Assembly (NCBI GenBank): GCA_963758495.1
Contig: CAVWVI010000004.1
Span: 288,001-352,000 of the forward strand
Direction of reading: 5' to 3'
From: Oligoflexia bacterium
Lineage (GTDB): Bacteria; Bdellovibrionota; UBA1018
Length of the DNA stretch: 64,000 nucleotides
A model generated the notes under the pieces. It worked only from the letters and a program-made list of their open reading frames with translations, ran no database searches and was not told the origin of the DNA. A program made the position numbers and the translations under genes. Shown piece by piece: positions 42,413 through 53,655 of this stretch (the stretch's first letter is position 1; every line of letters starts with the position of its first letter).

Positions 42413-44137
42413 CTAATTCCCGAGGCTTCTTTTCGATCGCAATAATCGATGGTAGTTAATTGCAAATCGATGAGCTTCATCTCTCACATGCGTGAGAAGT
42501 TTATATGCATCCGTATGAGGTTGAAGTGGCACTGGATTTTTTCTATTTGGAATAAATATTCTTTCGAAAGACGATTTCACTTCCTTCGCTTTGAAATCAC
42601 TTTCGACTCGGGCTTTTGCGAGTCCGACAACGCCCACCCCCTGAATGGATAATTCATCTAAAATCGCTACCGCCTGCGAGAGTTGTCCTTTTCCCCCATC
42701 GACGACTACAAGATCAGGCAAATCCTCTTGAGAATTGGCAAACCTACGACCCAAAACCTCTTTCATCATGGCAAAGTCGTTAGCGCCCTCTACAGAGCGA
42801 ATCTTATACCTTCGATAAAGGTTTTTATCAGGAGCACCCTCCACAAAAACGACACGGGAAGCCACCGAATCTTGCCCTTGAATATTTGAAATATCATAGC
42901 ATTCAATTCTATTGGGAATTTTTGGTAAGTGGAGTTTCTTCTGAACGTCCTCCAATGCTTGAAATCCATGACCAGCCGATCGCTTAAACCCTTGCTCCAG
43001 AGCATATTCTGCGTTGGCATGAGCCACATTCAGTAATTGCTCATCCACTCCTGATTCGGCGACTCTCACTCCAACTCCGATCGTATTTTCTAGCAAATCC
43101 GAATCCATTGGCGCTTCGGATAATAATACTTCATGAGGCAGCCCTTCATTGGGGAGCACCCTTTCTGCACTTGCTTTAAGCTCCAAATAGTATTGGGATA
43201 GAAAATCAAAAAGTATCTCCGAAAGAGCAAGTGAGGAATCCGTATTTTGAAGATGAAAATGCTGAACAGAAGTCAGCTTCCCATTTCGAATTCTCAATAA
43301 AGTCGCGTGAGCTTGCATTTCACGACGAGCAATACCCACTACGTCGCGATTGCGCTGAGAACCCGCTTCAATCACCCCTTGAGTCTGTGTGACTAGCTCT
43401 AAATTTCGAATCTGATCCCGATAAAGCGCAGCTGTCTCAAACTCTTCAGAATCAGCCGCATCTCGCATTCCCTTCTGTAAGCTATGAATTAACTGATCTG
43501 ATTTACCTTCAAGGACACGAATCACTTCTTCGATCGATTCACGGTAGTGTTTTGCATCTATATGCCCAACACAACCCCCACTGCACTTACCCATCTGATA
43601 AAGAATACAGGGGCGACTTCGGTGGGCGAAGGTATTATCGGAGCAATCTCGAAGTCGAAACGTCTCAATTAAAAGTCTCATCACCTGTCGAGCCGACCAA
43701 GCAGATGGAAACGGCCCAAAATACCGAGCGCCATCTTGAAGAACCCTACGTGTCCATTCTAACCGAGGAAAGGGATCGTTCATTTGAATTTTAATATAAG
43801 GATAGGCCTTATCGTCTTTCAGCCTTACATTAAATTTAGGTTTATATTTTTTAATGAGGGTCGCTTCTAAAATCAGAGCTTCAGCCTCTGTCTCAGTCAG
43901 GATGACTTCAAAGTGGTCGATCCTATTGACCAGCATTTCAATTCGGGGAACCTCATGAGTGGCCGACTGAAAATAAGTGAGTAACCGACTCTTTAAGTTC
44001 TTCGCTTTGCCCACATAAAGAATCGCTCCACTCTGATCTTTCATCAAATAGACCCCTGAAGAGATGTTTGTGTCGCGTGCTTGCTCTAATAAATGGGCTC
44101 TAAGGTCGGTAAGTAGTTTCGGAGCTTGATTTTCCAT
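42413..44137 (-). CDS. uvrC: excinuclease ABC subunit C, lacking the C-terminal HhH domain
   Basis: GIY-YIG (GVY...YVGKAKNL), UVR coil, RIECYDISN, VDGGKGQ, RDEAHRFA. Confidence 0.95.
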   Translation of the reverse strand: MENQAPKLLTDLRAHLLEQARDTNISSGVYLMKDQSGAILYVGKAKNLKSRLLTYFQSATHEVPRIEMLVNRIDHFEVILTETEAEALILEATLIKKYKPKFNVRLKDDKAYPYIKIQMNDPFPRLEWTRRVLQDGARYFGPFPSAWSARQVMRLLIETFRLRDCSDNTFAHRSRPCILYQMGKCSGGCVGHIDAKHYRESIEEVIRVLEGKSDQLIHSLQKGMRDAADSEEFETAALYRDQIRNLELVTQTQGVIEAGSQRNRDVVGIARREMQAHATLLRIRNGKLTSVQHFHLQNTDSSLALSEILFDFLSQYYLELKASAERVLPNEGLPHEVLLSEAPMDSDLLENTIGVGVRVAESGVDEQLLNVAHANAEYALEQGFKRSAGHGFQALEDVQKKLHLPKIPNRIECYDISNIQGQDSVASRVVFVEGAPDKNLYRRYKIRSVEGANDFAMMKEVLGRRFANSQEDLPDLVVVDGGKGQLSQAVAILDELSIQGVGVVGLAKARVESDFKAKEVKSSFERIFIPNRKNPVPLQPHTDAYKLLTHVRDEAHRFAINYHRLLRSKRSLGN

Positions 44138-44187
44138 CGAAGTACACTATAACCACAAAAGGGATCATATTTTTAAGGAGAATTTTC

Positions 44188-44631
44188 ATGGCTCGTACCA
44201 CGTCCGTTGCCAACGAAACCTTGGCTTATTGCACCAGTTGCAAAATGGATTTAAATCACATTATCGTCGCAATGAAAGGTGATCGAATTGCTAAGGTTCA
44301 ATGCCTGACTTGCAAGAAAGAACATGTTTATCGAACTCCCAAAGGTGCGACCGAACCTCAAGCTAAAACCCCAAAAGTACGAAAAGCCACTGCGGAAGCG
44401 GAGGACTCTCACCATTCAATCGAAGCGGAATGGGAAAAGCTGATGAATTCTCATCGCGAGATGCCAGTCAAACCCTACAGCACTAAAGGGCAATTTGGCT
44501 TAGGGGATAAACTCAGTCACCCCACCTTTGGTGAAGGCATTGTAGGCAAGCTGATTTATCCGAACAAATTGGAAGTCATTTTTCGTACTGACGTTAAAAT
44601 TTTGATTTATATGGGGACTCAAACTCAGTAG
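44188..44631 (+). CDS. hypothetical zinc-binding protein with SH3-like C-terminus
   Basis: CTSC...H...CLTC..EH; HPTFGEGIV; RBS AAGGAG. Confidence 0.75.
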   Translation: MARTTSVANETLAYCTSCKMDLNHIIVAMKGDRIAKVQCLTCKKEHVYRTPKGATEPQAKTPKVRKATAEAEDSHHSIEAEWEKLMNSHREMPVKPYSTKGQFGLGDKLSHPTFGEGIVGKLIYPNKLEVIFRTDVKILIYMGTQTQ

Positions 44632-44642
44632 ACTCAAGTAGT

Positions 44643-45278
44643 ATGAAAATGTCGAGGGTGGTCTGGCTCATCATCGGGGGGTTGGCTTGGGTTCTCGCAT
44701 CCTGCTCCAGTGCGAAAAAGAAGACAACACCTGAGCTTTCTGATTTTTTAGGAAAAAAAGTAGCGCTAGTTTCCATTGAAGGCGAACCCAGTGCCAAGAA
44801 AATCGCTGAAGTTGCACTCATCAACCAACTTGTTCGACGGGGAACTTTTATCCTCATCTCTAAACAAGATGTTCAAAAAGCTGCGTCTGCTCCCGATCAA
44901 AATCCCATGGATTTGCAAGCAATTGCAAAACGTGCGGGAGCGGAATTTGCTTTAGAAATGAAAGTGCTCCAGTTTGACGCACCCATTTCTGAAGGCTATT
45001 CAACGGAAGAAGAAGTAGACTCCCAACTGGGTGAAGAACAAGGCACCGACGGGAAAACAGAACGTGTTTTTAAAGTAAAATCGATGGATGGACATGTACG
45101 AATCCAACTTCGTTTCACTCACCTCACAGACAACGAAGTCCGTACTGGGATTGCGGAGTCAGAAAAAAGAGTCGAAGAAAGCGCAAATCATTCATCGATT
45201 CACCTCCCGCCTCAGCTTCGCTTTCTTGAAAGTCTTTCAAATCAGGCATTTCAAGATTTTTTTGAGCAGTATAAATAA
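44643..45278 (+). CDS. lipoprotein of unknown function
   Basis: Lipobox LASC. Confidence 0.7.
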   Translation: MKMSRVVWLIIGGLAWVLASCSSAKKKTTPELSDFLGKKVALVSIEGEPSAKKIAEVALINQLVRRGTFILISKQDVQKAASAPDQNPMDLQAIAKRAGAEFALEMKVLQFDAPISEGYSTEEEVDSQLGEEQGTDGKTERVFKVKSMDGHVRIQLRFTHLTDNEVRTGIAESEKRVEESANHSSIHLPPQLRFLESLSNQAFQDFFEQYK

Positions 45279-45310
45279 GGTAAATCCTAAAGGAAGTACT
45301 TACAAGGAAC

Positions 45311-47368
45311 TTACGAAAGACTCAATTTTTCTAAAATCAACTTCTCAGCCTGTGACTCTTCCAAGGGAAGACTACAGGTCTTTTCATGACAGACTAAAAC
45401 AGTGCCCTTCTCTAAATGCTCATGAGCTAGATCTGAAATAGGCTTTTTAAAAATATGCGGGTGCCAACAAAGACTTAAATCTTCTGATCCTGACACTGTG
45501 ATTGGACCTAAAACATTGAGCAGACTCAAATTAAGAAATTCGCCCATTCCAACCGGACTTTTTTCAGCAATCCCAAAGAGCCCCTGAATCTGATTTTCTA
45601 CTTCTCTACTCCATCGGGCTCCTTGACCATTTAAGTCAACTTCACTCAATGCAGCCATACACATCCAAGCCACTGCATTACCAGATGGAATGGCTTGATC
45701 AAAAACAGTTTTTGGCCGCTGAATCAGCTTTTCATGATCATCACTTGTGAAAAAATAACCAGGACCACTCGTATCTTTAAAGTGATTTAAAATAACATCC
45801 ATCCATTTTTCAGAAAGATTTAAATACTCCACTACTTCTAAAGAACTCTTTGAACATCGAGCAAGATCAAGCGCAGCCATCGCCATGAATGCATAATCAT
45901 CCAGATAACCATTCAACTTTGCTTGACCCCCTTGATAAGTGCTGAAAAGGCGATCTTGAGACCGTGTTAAATTCTGTCTTAAAAATTGAAAACATCTTAA
46001 AGCCGATTTATGTACTTTTTCTGCACTCTCAAGTTGACCTTTAAATCGAAGCGCTTTCGAGGTCCATGCCAAGCCACTCACCATCAGTGCATTCCAACTG
46101 GTTAATATTTTATTATCTAAACCAGGGGGTATTCGAAGCGTGCGCGCCTTGAATAACTTTTTACAAGCCTGATCCAAAAGCAAAGACACTTCACTTTCCA
46201 AGAATCCGCTCCGTCGAGCCACTTCTGAGATACTCAGAGCCAGATACAACACAGTCTTCCCATGCTCAAAATTTCCAGTCTCTGTGACACCATAGCGCAG
46301 AGCAAATACTTGAGCTTCCTTTGGCGTAAGTAGTTGCGACAAATCTTTAAGATCCCAAACAAAGAATTTACCTTCCTCTCCTTCTGAATCTGCATCCTGA
46401 GTACTGTAGAATGCTCCTTCAGAAGTGGTCATTTCGCGAAAAAGATAAGTGGTGGTTTCATTCAGAACACGCAAATAGTGCTCTTGCTCTTCCTCAGATA
46501 TTAAATTTCCAGGCACCAAAAGCACTTCAGAATAAAGCCTAAGCAATAGAGCATTATCATAAAGCATTTTTTCAAAATGCGGGACACTCCAAGATGCGTC
46601 TACGGAGTATCTATGAAAACCACCGCCTAATTGATCATAAATTCCACCAGAAGCCATCCGCGTCAATGCAAGCAGCGCGGCCTGTCGTGCTTTTTCGTGA
46701 TGAGCGAATACACCATACCGCCAAAGAAAAGTAAGGCTCATAGGATTAGGAAATTTTGGAGCTCCACCCAAGCCTCCTTGCTCCCAATCCACTCGGCTCA
46801 AGAAGGAGTCTGCAATGCCTTGAAAATCTTGAAACTGGGGTATTTTACTTTCACGTTGAACAGCAGCTTCAGAGGAGATAATAAATTCAGTCAGCTTCTG
46901 GGCATTTTCTGAAACACTTGCAAAATCCGATCGAAACGCATGAGAAAGTGAAAGAAGCACTCGAGGAAATCCGGGTCTTCCATACCGATCTTGTGGAGGA
47001 AAATAAGTCCCCCCGTAAAATGGCTTTAAATCTGGCGTCAAAAAGACCGTAAGAGGCCAACCGCCTCCTTGAGTCAAAGCTTGCGCCACATTCTGATAAA
47101 TATGGTCTAAATCAGGTCTTTCTTCACGATCTACTTTTATATTTATAAAATTTTCATTCATCAACCGAGCCGTTTCTTGATTTTCAAAGCTTTCATGTTC
47201 CATGACATGACACCAATGGCAGGCCGAGTAACCGATACTTAAAAGAATGGGTTTATTTTCTGTTTGAGCTCTCTCCAGTGCCTCTTTACCCCACGCATAC
47301 CAATCTACTGGATTATTTTGATGCTGTAATAAATAAGGACTACTTTCTTTTGAAAGTCGATTTGCCAT
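45311..47368 (-). CDS. thioredoxin-domain / six-hairpin protein (YyaL, DUF255 family)
   Basis: [44 protein letters not shown]. Confidence 0.93.
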   Translation of the reverse strand: MANRLSKESSPYLLQHQNNPVDWYAWGKEALERAQTENKPILLSIGYSACHWCHVMEHESFENQETARLMNENFINIKVDREERPDLDHIYQNVAQALTQGGGWPLTVFLTPDLKPFYGGTYFPPQDRYGRPGFPRVLLSLSHAFRSDFASVSENAQKLTEFIISSEAAVQRESKIPQFQDFQGIADSFLSRVDWEQGGLGGAPKFPNPMSLTFLWRYGVFAHHEKARQAALLALTRMASGGIYDQLGGGFHRYSVDASWSVPHFEKMLYDNALLLRLYSEVLLVPGNLISEEEQEHYLRVLNETTTYLFREMTTSEGAFYSTQDADSEGEEGKFFVWDLKDLSQLLTPKEAQVFALRYGVTETGNFEHGKTVLYLALSISEVARRSGFLESEVSLLLDQACKKLFKARTLRIPPGLDNKILTSWNALMVSGLAWTSKALRFKGQLESAEKVHKSALRCFQFLRQNLTRSQDRLFSTYQGGQAKLNGYLDDYAFMAMAALDLARCSKSSLEVVEYLNLSEKWMDVILNHFKDTSGPGYFFTSDDHEKLIQRPKTVFDQAIPSGNAVAWMCMAALSEVDLNGQGARWSREVENQIQGLFGIAEKSPVGMGEFLNLSLLNVLGPITVSGSEDLSLCWHPHIFKKPISDLAHEHLEKGTVLVCHEKTCSLPLEESQAEKLILEKLSLS

Positions 47369-47407
47369 AATAAAAGCTTATAGCTCTAAACCTAGGCAGT
47401 GAATAGT

Positions 47408-47479
47408 AAGAACTGTAAGGCGTCCTGTTGCGCCGAAAATCCAAATCTTTACGGCGCAACAGGACGCCTTACAGTTCTT
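47408..47479. repeat. perfect 28-bp inverted repeat with 16-nt loop
   Basis: AAGAACTGTAAGGCGTCCTGTTGCGCCG (47408-47435) and its exact reverse complement (47452-47479). Confidence 0.95.
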
Positions 47480-47502
47480 GTCAACAGAAGGTACTGCTTA
47501 CA

Positions 47503-48177
47503 TTAAGTTCGTGTTGCAGGCTGAAGGTTTTCTTCAGAAAACTGACTCGCCTCTAATTTTTTAATCAATGTATTCCTCGCACGATGTAGCAGACACTTCA
47601 CAGAGGATAAGCTCAAATTGAGATGAGTAGCGATTTCCTGATACGGCAAGTGATCAATTAATCTCATAAAAAATACTTTTTTCTGCAAATCAGTCAATAA
47701 ATTCATAACCTCAAAAAGCGCTTCTTGTTCAGCACACTCAATTAATAGATGCTCAGGATCCGGACTGAGAGACGGAATTTCATCAACATTTATAAACATA
47801 TTGAGAGCGTCTCTCTCGTGAGAAGCAATCTGTTTATTCTTTCTGAACCAATCGGAAAGAGTATTCTTAGAGATAGCCCAAAGCCAAGTAGAAAACTTAT
47901 ATCGAGGATCAAAAGAGCCTCTGAATCGATAAGATTTGATAAAAATCTCTTGAGTAACTTCCTCAGCCATATGCCGATCCCGTAACTTACTCGAGACATA
48001 ATTAAAAATAGGCTTTTTAAATCTTTTATACACTTTAGAAAAAGCTTCTTTGTCACCCTCTTTAAATTTAATCAAAAGTTTTTGTTCATGCTTACTCTTA
48101 AAGCAATTAGATGAAATTAGAACATTTTGCCGCTCGTTTTTATTTCTCCATATTTTTATTCTATTTAACATATACAA
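47503..48177 (-). CDS. ECF-family RNA polymerase sigma factor
   Basis: Region 2 AEEVTQEIF...FSTWLWAISKN; region 4 YQEIA..L.LS.SSVK..LHRAR. Confidence 0.92.
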   Translation of the reverse strand: MYMLNRIKIWRNKNERQNVLISSNCFKSKHEQKLLIKFKEGDKEAFSKVYKRFKKPIFNYVSSKLRDRHMAEEVTQEIFIKSYRFRGSFDPRYKFSTWLWAISKNTLSDWFRKNKQIASHERDALNMFINVDEIPSLSPDPEHLLIECAEQEALFEVMNLLTDLQKKVFFMRLIDHLPYQEIATHLNLSLSSVKCLLHRARNTLIKKLEASQFSEENLQPATRT

Positions 48178-48253
48178 GTTACTTTATTGACGTAAATACA
48201 TTTTTTCAAATATATTATTTTTTAATTTTATTATTTTTTAGCTGAGTTTGAAC

Positions 48254-48280
48254 GAAACATTTCAGCAAGCAACCACGTAC
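48254..48280 (+). promoter_or_regulatory. possible ECF-sigma promoter
   Basis: GAAAC-N17-CGTAC upstream of the metalloprotease gene. Confidence 0.4.
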
Positions 48281-48321
48281 AAGTCTAGTGACAGAATATA
48301 CAACCACCAAGGGAGACGCTC

Positions 48322-49047
48322 GTGTTAATGACCTATATTCAAAAACATAAATTGCCACTTTTACTTTCAGCACTTTCCACCCTTACATTTATGGGTTGCA
48401 ATAATAACTTAATGGGACAAAGCCAGGGACAGGCATCATTAGATTCTTTTTCTATACCCCAGAGTTATCAACCCCTAGGGGATACCTGCTCTAGTAAAGA
48501 TCCACAGGATTTTTGTATAGGTTTAAAATATGTGGTCTATAAAGACTCAGATGGAAATCCTCTTATTGATAAACAAAGCTCTATTAAAAATACTAAGAAA
48601 ATGAATCAAATCTGGTCTCAATGCCATATTGCTTTCCAAATTGATGAATATTTACCCGCAGACCCAAATCAATACGGACTTAAGTTCAATACGACTGATG
48701 ATTCAGAGTTAGATCAAATTCGAAAAACATTTAATGATAATTCACATTTTCTTGTAGTGACCACAGGAAGCTGGGATCGCACTGGCTCTCTCGGAAATAC
48801 CGCTGCCAATGCCTGGACAAGTGTCCCCGGTGATAACTCCTATGGTGTCGTACTTGAATCCCCGGTCGGAACTTTTTCGAACATCATTGCTCACGAATTG
48901 GGACACTACATGAATCTATTTCATGTAGACGACACCACTGATCTTATGAATCCCATCATTTATAATGACTCAACACAACTCACCCAAGATCAATGCGACA
49001 CAGCCAGATCTGCAATTAATCAATTTTGGACTGCTATGCTTCGCTAA
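48322..49047 (+). CDS. lipoprotein zinc metalloprotease (matrixin / M43-like metzincin)
   Basis: Lipobox-like FMGC; HELGHYMNLFH; Met-turn DLMNP. Confidence 0.82.
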   Translation: MLMTYIQKHKLPLLLSALSTLTFMGCNNNLMGQSQGQASLDSFSIPQSYQPLGDTCSSKDPQDFCIGLKYVVYKDSDGNPLIDKQSSIKNTKKMNQIWSQCHIAFQIDEYLPADPNQYGLKFNTTDDSELDQIRKTFNDNSHFLVVTTGSWDRTGSLGNTAANAWTSVPGDNSYGVVLESPVGTFSNIIAHELGHYMNLFHVDDTTDLMNPIIYNDSTQLTQDQCDTARSAINQFWTAMLR

Positions 49048-49063
49048 TTTATAAATACTGAAC

Positions 49064-51220
49064 TCAAAAACCCAAACTGAGAATTTTCAAACGCTTAATC
49101 CGATCTCTCAACTCTGCAGCACGCTCAAACTGCATGTCTTTGGCTGCATCCCGCATATCATCACTCATTTTAGTAATCATTTTTGGTAATTCTTCAATGG
49201 ATGTAAAATACTCACGAGCGGTCTCACGAATTTCTTCTATTCTTGAAATAGAATCTAAGAGATCTAAATTTGACATTGCTAAATGATCGGGTTCTGCAGC
49301 ACTATAGATACTTCTACCATGCCCAGATCCTGCGCCTGTACGAAGCACCTGCTTTGCTAATTGTGCCTTATTACCTATTCTATTTCCTTTTCCGCCCTCA
49401 TCAGCCTCACTTAATACAAGAGGAGCAGGAATCGCTTTTTGAATAGTTTTAGGAATAATTCCATTTTCCTGATTGTAGTTAAATTGAATGGTACGTCGAC
49501 GATCCGTTTCGTCCATTGCCTTTTTCATGCTATCAGTAATTCTATCTGCATAGAGAATCACTCGGCCGTCTACATTTCTAGCTGCCCTTCCTATAGTCTG
49601 AATGAGAGATCGGAAACTTCTTAAAAACCCTTCTTTATCCGCATCCATAATTCCAACTAATGAGACTTCTGGCAAATCTAATCCTTCTCGGAGAAGATTA
49701 ATTCCAATTAAAACATCAAAAACTCCTAACCTTAAATCCCGTAATATTTCTACTCGCTCCAAAGTATCAATATCCGAATGTAGGTATTTGACACGGACAC
49801 CTTGCTCTCGATAAAATCGGGCTAAATCTTCTGACAGCTTTTTAGTCAAAGTAGTAATTAAAACGCGCTCATTGCGCTCAGCACGAATCCGAATCTCCTT
49901 CAAAAGATCATCTACTTGACTGGACGCCTTACGGACTTCTACGATTGGATCTAAAAGACCTGTGGGCCTTATCACCTGCTCAACCACCTCACCATTAGAT
50001 TTTCCTAACTCATAATCACCAGGAGTTGCTGACACATAGATCGCTTGATTTAAACTTTTTTCCCACTCTTCAAAATGAAGAGGTCGATTGTCTAAGGCGG
50101 ATGGTAATCTAAATCCATGCTCTACTAAATTCATTTTTCGAGCACGGTCTCCTCGATACATCCCCCCAATTTGAGGAACACTCACATGACTTTCATCTAC
50201 TACCAATAACCAATCTTTCGGAAAGTATTCTATGAGAGTAGGAGGCGCAGCTCCTGAACTCCGACCCGTTAAATGCCGGGAATAATTTTCAACTCCTTGG
50301 CAGTATCCAAGCTCTTCCATCATTTCAAGATCAAACAAGGTACGCTGAGAAAGTCGCTGAGACTCCGCTAGCTTACTCAAAGAATTTAATTCTTGAAGCC
50401 TCTCTCGTAACTCGACTCGAATCGATTCAATCGCCTTCTTTCTATTATCAACAGTGGTCACGTAATGACTTGCAGGGTAAATCGTGACTCGAGGAAGTTT
50501 TTGAACTCTTTGACCCCGCAGAGGATCGATCTCTGAAATGGCTTCAATTTCATCTCCAAAGAACTCAATTCGAATCGCTCGCTCTTCTTCGTACGCGGGA
50601 AAAACCTCGACAACATCCCCCCGAACTCGAAAGGTTCCCCGATGAAAATCCACGTCGTTACGTTTATATTGAATCTCTACTAATTTCTTCAAAACTTCCT
50701 GACGTTTTACTTTTGTCCCCACTTCTAAGTAGACGAGCATTCCCTCATAGGCTTCAGGAGATCCCAAACCGTAAATACAAGAAATAGAAGAGACAATAAT
50801 GACATCATTTCTTTCCAAAAGAGCACGAGTCGCGGAATGGCGAAGCTTGTCTATTTCGTCATTTATTTGAGCATCCTTTTCAATATAGGTGTCTGTTTGA
50901 GGAATATACGCTTCGGGCTGATAATAATCATAATAACTTACAAAGTATTCAACAGAATTATTCGGAAAAAAAGACCTAAACTCAGAAAAAAGCTGAGCTG
51001 CCAAGGTCTTATTCGGGCTTAATACTAAAGTAGGCTTATTCACCTGGGCAATTACGTTAGCAATGGAGAAAGTCTTCCCCGAACCCGTAACACCCAGTAA
51101 AACCTGGGAAGACTTTCCATTCTCTATACCCCGAACTAACTCTTGAATTGCTACAGGTTGATCACCAGTCGGCTTAAAGGGGGTAATCAGTTCAAACTTA
51201 CGTTGCGAAAATAGTGTCAT
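49064..51220 (-). CDS. uvrB: excinuclease ABC subunit B
   Basis: [43 protein letters not shown] and C-terminal UVR domain. Confidence 0.98.
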   Translation of the reverse strand: MTLFSQRKFELITPFKPTGDQPVAIQELVRGIENGKSSQVLLGVTGSGKTFSIANVIAQVNKPTLVLSPNKTLAAQLFSEFRSFFPNNSVEYFVSYYDYYQPEAYIPQTDTYIEKDAQINDEIDKLRHSATRALLERNDVIIVSSISCIYGLGSPEAYEGMLVYLEVGTKVKRQEVLKKLVEIQYKRNDVDFHRGTFRVRGDVVEVFPAYEEERAIRIEFFGDEIEAISEIDPLRGQRVQKLPRVTIYPASHYVTTVDNRKKAIESIRVELRERLQELNSLSKLAESQRLSQRTLFDLEMMEELGYCQGVENYSRHLTGRSSGAAPPTLIEYFPKDWLLVVDESHVSVPQIGGMYRGDRARKMNLVEHGFRLPSALDNRPLHFEEWEKSLNQAIYVSATPGDYELGKSNGEVVEQVIRPTGLLDPIVEVRKASSQVDDLLKEIRIRAERNERVLITTLTKKLSEDLARFYREQGVRVKYLHSDIDTLERVEILRDLRLGVFDVLIGINLLREGLDLPEVSLVGIMDADKEGFLRSFRSLIQTIGRAARNVDGRVILYADRITDSMKKAMDETDRRRTIQFNYNQENGIIPKTIQKAIPAPLVLSEADEGGKGNRIGNKAQLAKQVLRTGAGSGHGRSIYSAAEPDHLAMSNLDLLDSISRIEEIRETAREYFTSIEELPKMITKMSDDMRDAAKDMQFERAAELRDRIKRLKILSLGF

Positions 51221-51313
51221 AATTTTTTATTTAACCCGAATCTTCCTTTTGTCGGACGTCTTATCAAGTTACACTATTAAAGAGTAACCTCATTACCCAA
51301 TAAGGATTGAACT

Positions 51314-52084
51314 ATGCCTACCGCAACACTTCAATTAAACCACCCCATTGTTTTGGTGCATGGCCTAGGGGCCCGCAGTAATTATGGTCCTATTGAATAT
51401 TTCTATGGCTTACCCAAAGTTTTAAGGGATGCAAAAAATCGGGTTTTCATACCCAATCTCACCCCCTGGCATACGATCGAACATAGAGCTCAACAGCTAA
51501 AAATGCAAATTGAGAAAGCAATACCGGACGGCAAAATAAATTTAGTCGGTCATAGCATGGGGGGATTAGATGCTCGATTTCTCATCTCGCAACTGGGCTT
51601 CTCAGAGCGAGTAGCGAGTATTACTACTATCGGCACTCCAAATCAAGGGACGAGTGTGGGCGATTTAGCCCTAGGATTATTTCCGAATTTGACATTTAAA
51701 ACTGCAGATCGTTTTTTAAAATTATTAGACTATAATAGCGGTGCATTTAAGCAAATCACTCGGAAATACTGCACAACAGAATTTGCCAATTTAGCTCCCA
51801 ATATTCCTTCGGTTAAATACTATAGTGCGACTACATCTATTGCAAATCCCATTATTAAAAGTGCTCTCCCCATTTTTTGGATCCCTCATCATTTCCTCTC
51901 AAAACTTGAGGGAGACAATGATGGTTTCGTATCTGTAGAATCTGCTACTTTGGGCGATCACATTTGCACCTATATCGGAGATCATTACTCCCAGATTGGA
52001 CAGTTTCTGGGGAGAGCTCGAGGCATGAATTATATAAAATTTTACCATGAAATATTCAGAAGATTAAAGCAAGATGGTATGTAA
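51314..52084 (+). CDS. triacylglycerol lipase (alpha/beta hydrolase)
   Basis: PIVLVHG, GHSMGG, IGTPNQG, NDGFV, DH. Confidence 0.9.
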   Translation: MPTATLQLNHPIVLVHGLGARSNYGPIEYFYGLPKVLRDAKNRVFIPNLTPWHTIEHRAQQLKMQIEKAIPDGKINLVGHSMGGLDARFLISQLGFSERVASITTIGTPNQGTSVGDLALGLFPNLTFKTADRFLKLLDYNSGAFKQITRKYCTTEFANLAPNIPSVKYYSATTSIANPIIKSALPIFWIPHHFLSKLEGDNDGFVSVESATLGDHICTYIGDHYSQIGQFLGRARGMNYIKFYHEIFRRLKQDGM

Positions 52085-52087
52085 ATC

Positions 52088-52276
52088 ATGAACGACAAAA
52101 AACTTACTACAGATCGACTCCATGATTTAAAATCAGTCTATACAGATTTTAGAATTGTCGTGAGCTTACTCAAATCAGGCTATAAATTTGACGACAATGA
52201 AGCGCCCGCCCTCTTTGAACAAATAGAGAAGGCGTTAGAAATACTCAAAGCTGAGATCAACTTTTTAAAAGACTGA
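52088..52276 (+). CDS. small hypothetical protein
   Basis: 62-aa helical ORF 3 bp after the lipase stop. Confidence 0.5.
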   Translation: MNDKKLTTDRLHDLKSVYTDFRIVVSLLKSGYKFDDNEAPALFEQIEKALEILKAEINFLKD

Positions 52277-52288
52277 GAACTAAAGTAA

Positions 52289-53002
52289 TCAAGCTCTATT
52301 TATAAATAACTTAATCCGACTATTCACTTGATTCCCAAAAAACTGCTCTGTGGTCTGATCTTCAATGATCTTTCCACGATCCAAAAATAGGACACGACTT
52401 GCGACTTCTCGCACAAATCCCATTTCGTGGGTCACGATCAACATGGTAATTCCAGTTGTTGCAAGATTCTTCATGACTTTAAGAACTTCCTGAACCATTT
52501 CTGGATCCAAAGCAGACGTGGGCTCATCAAAAAGAACGATTTCAGGATCCATCATAAGAGTTCTCGCAATAGCAACTCTTTGTTTTTCCCCGCCAGAAAG
52601 GGTATGAGGGTAAACATTCAACTTATTTTCAAGACCGACCTGCGCTAGTAACTTTTTGGCCTTTTCATTTGCAACGTCTCGTAAAATCTTTTTCACCTGA
52701 ATCGGCGCATAAATCAAATTTTGCAATACAGTCATATGTGAAAAAAGATGAAAATTTTGAAAAACCATCCCCACCTGTTCACGAATACTTTGAATATTTG
52801 TATCATTAGAGAGAACTCCATGAATCAAAATTTTTCCTAAACAAGGACGCTCTAGATCATTAATACATCTGAGTAATGTTGACTTCCCACTCCCTGAAGA
52901 GCCAAGAATTGCAACAATTTCTCCGCTGTCAATTTGGGCAGTCACACCATCCAAAACAACTTGGTCACCAAACTTTTTCTTCAGATCTTTAATCGTAATC
53001 AT
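52289..53002 (-). CDS. polar amino-acid ABC transporter ATP-binding protein (GlnQ/ArtP-like)
   Basis: GSSGSGKS, LSGGEKQR, FDEPTSALDPE, VTHEMGF. Confidence 0.95.
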   Translation of the reverse strand: MITIKDLKKKFGDQVVLDGVTAQIDSGEIVAILGSSGSGKSTLLRCINDLERPCLGKILIHGVLSNDTNIQSIREQVGMVFQNFHLFSHMTVLQNLIYAPIQVKKILRDVANEKAKKLLAQVGLENKLNVYPHTLSGGEKQRVAIARTLMMDPEIVLFDEPTSALDPEMVQEVLKVMKNLATTGITMLIVTHEMGFVREVASRVLFLDRGKIIEDQTTEQFFGNQVNSRIKLFINRA

Positions 53003-53655
53003 GCGTAACTCAACCGTTTCTCAAGAGCCTTCGCCAATGAACTGAGCGCCAAAACTAAAAAGTAATAACATAAAGCAGCCATCAAGAGCGGTTCAAAATA
53101 AGAATAGGTTTCAGCTGCAACCAACTGAGCCCTTCTCATAATATCCCCTTCTCCCAAGGTTGAAATCAATGCTGTCTCTTTGAGAAGATTAATGACCTCA
53201 TTCACCAATGCAGGAAGAACTTTACGAAGTGCCTGAGGCAAAATAATATCTCTCATCATCGCAAAATAAGGAATACCTAGAGCAATGGCAGCTTCAGACT
53301 GACCTGAATCCACCCCTTGAATACCTGCACGAATAATCTCTGAAACATACGCTCCTGAATTAAGCGAAAATGCAATCACACCTGCCATAAGAGGAGTTAT
53401 TTTATAGGCTGTTAAACTTGGGGTGGCGAAATAAATGATACTCAACTGCACTAACATGGGCGTCCCACGAAATACAGAAGTATAAAAAACTGCTGCATTT
53501 CTACCTACATTCCATTTCCCCACCTTAAGGAGGGCTAATCCTAACCCCAAGACAAATCCACCTATCGCGGAAAAAACTGTATATTTTAGGGTAATAACAA
53601 TGCCGTCCGCTACAGAACAAAGGGTCGATAAACTATGTTGAAAAATGTCCAACAT
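52999..53655 (-). CDS. polar amino-acid ABC transporter permease
   Basis: FRGTP.LVQL, AYVSEIIRAGI, GQSEAA.ALG. Confidence 0.95.
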   Translation of the reverse strand: MLDIFQHSLSTLCSVADGIVITLKYTVFSAIGGFVLGLGLALLKVGKWNVGRNAAVFYTSVFRGTPMLVQLSIIYFATPSLTAYKITPLMAGVIAFSLNSGAYVSEIIRAGIQGVDSGQSEAAIALGIPYFAMMRDIILPQALRKVLPALVNEVINLLKETALISTLGEGDIMRRAQLVAAETYSYFEPLLMAALCYYFLVLALSSLAKALEKRLSYA

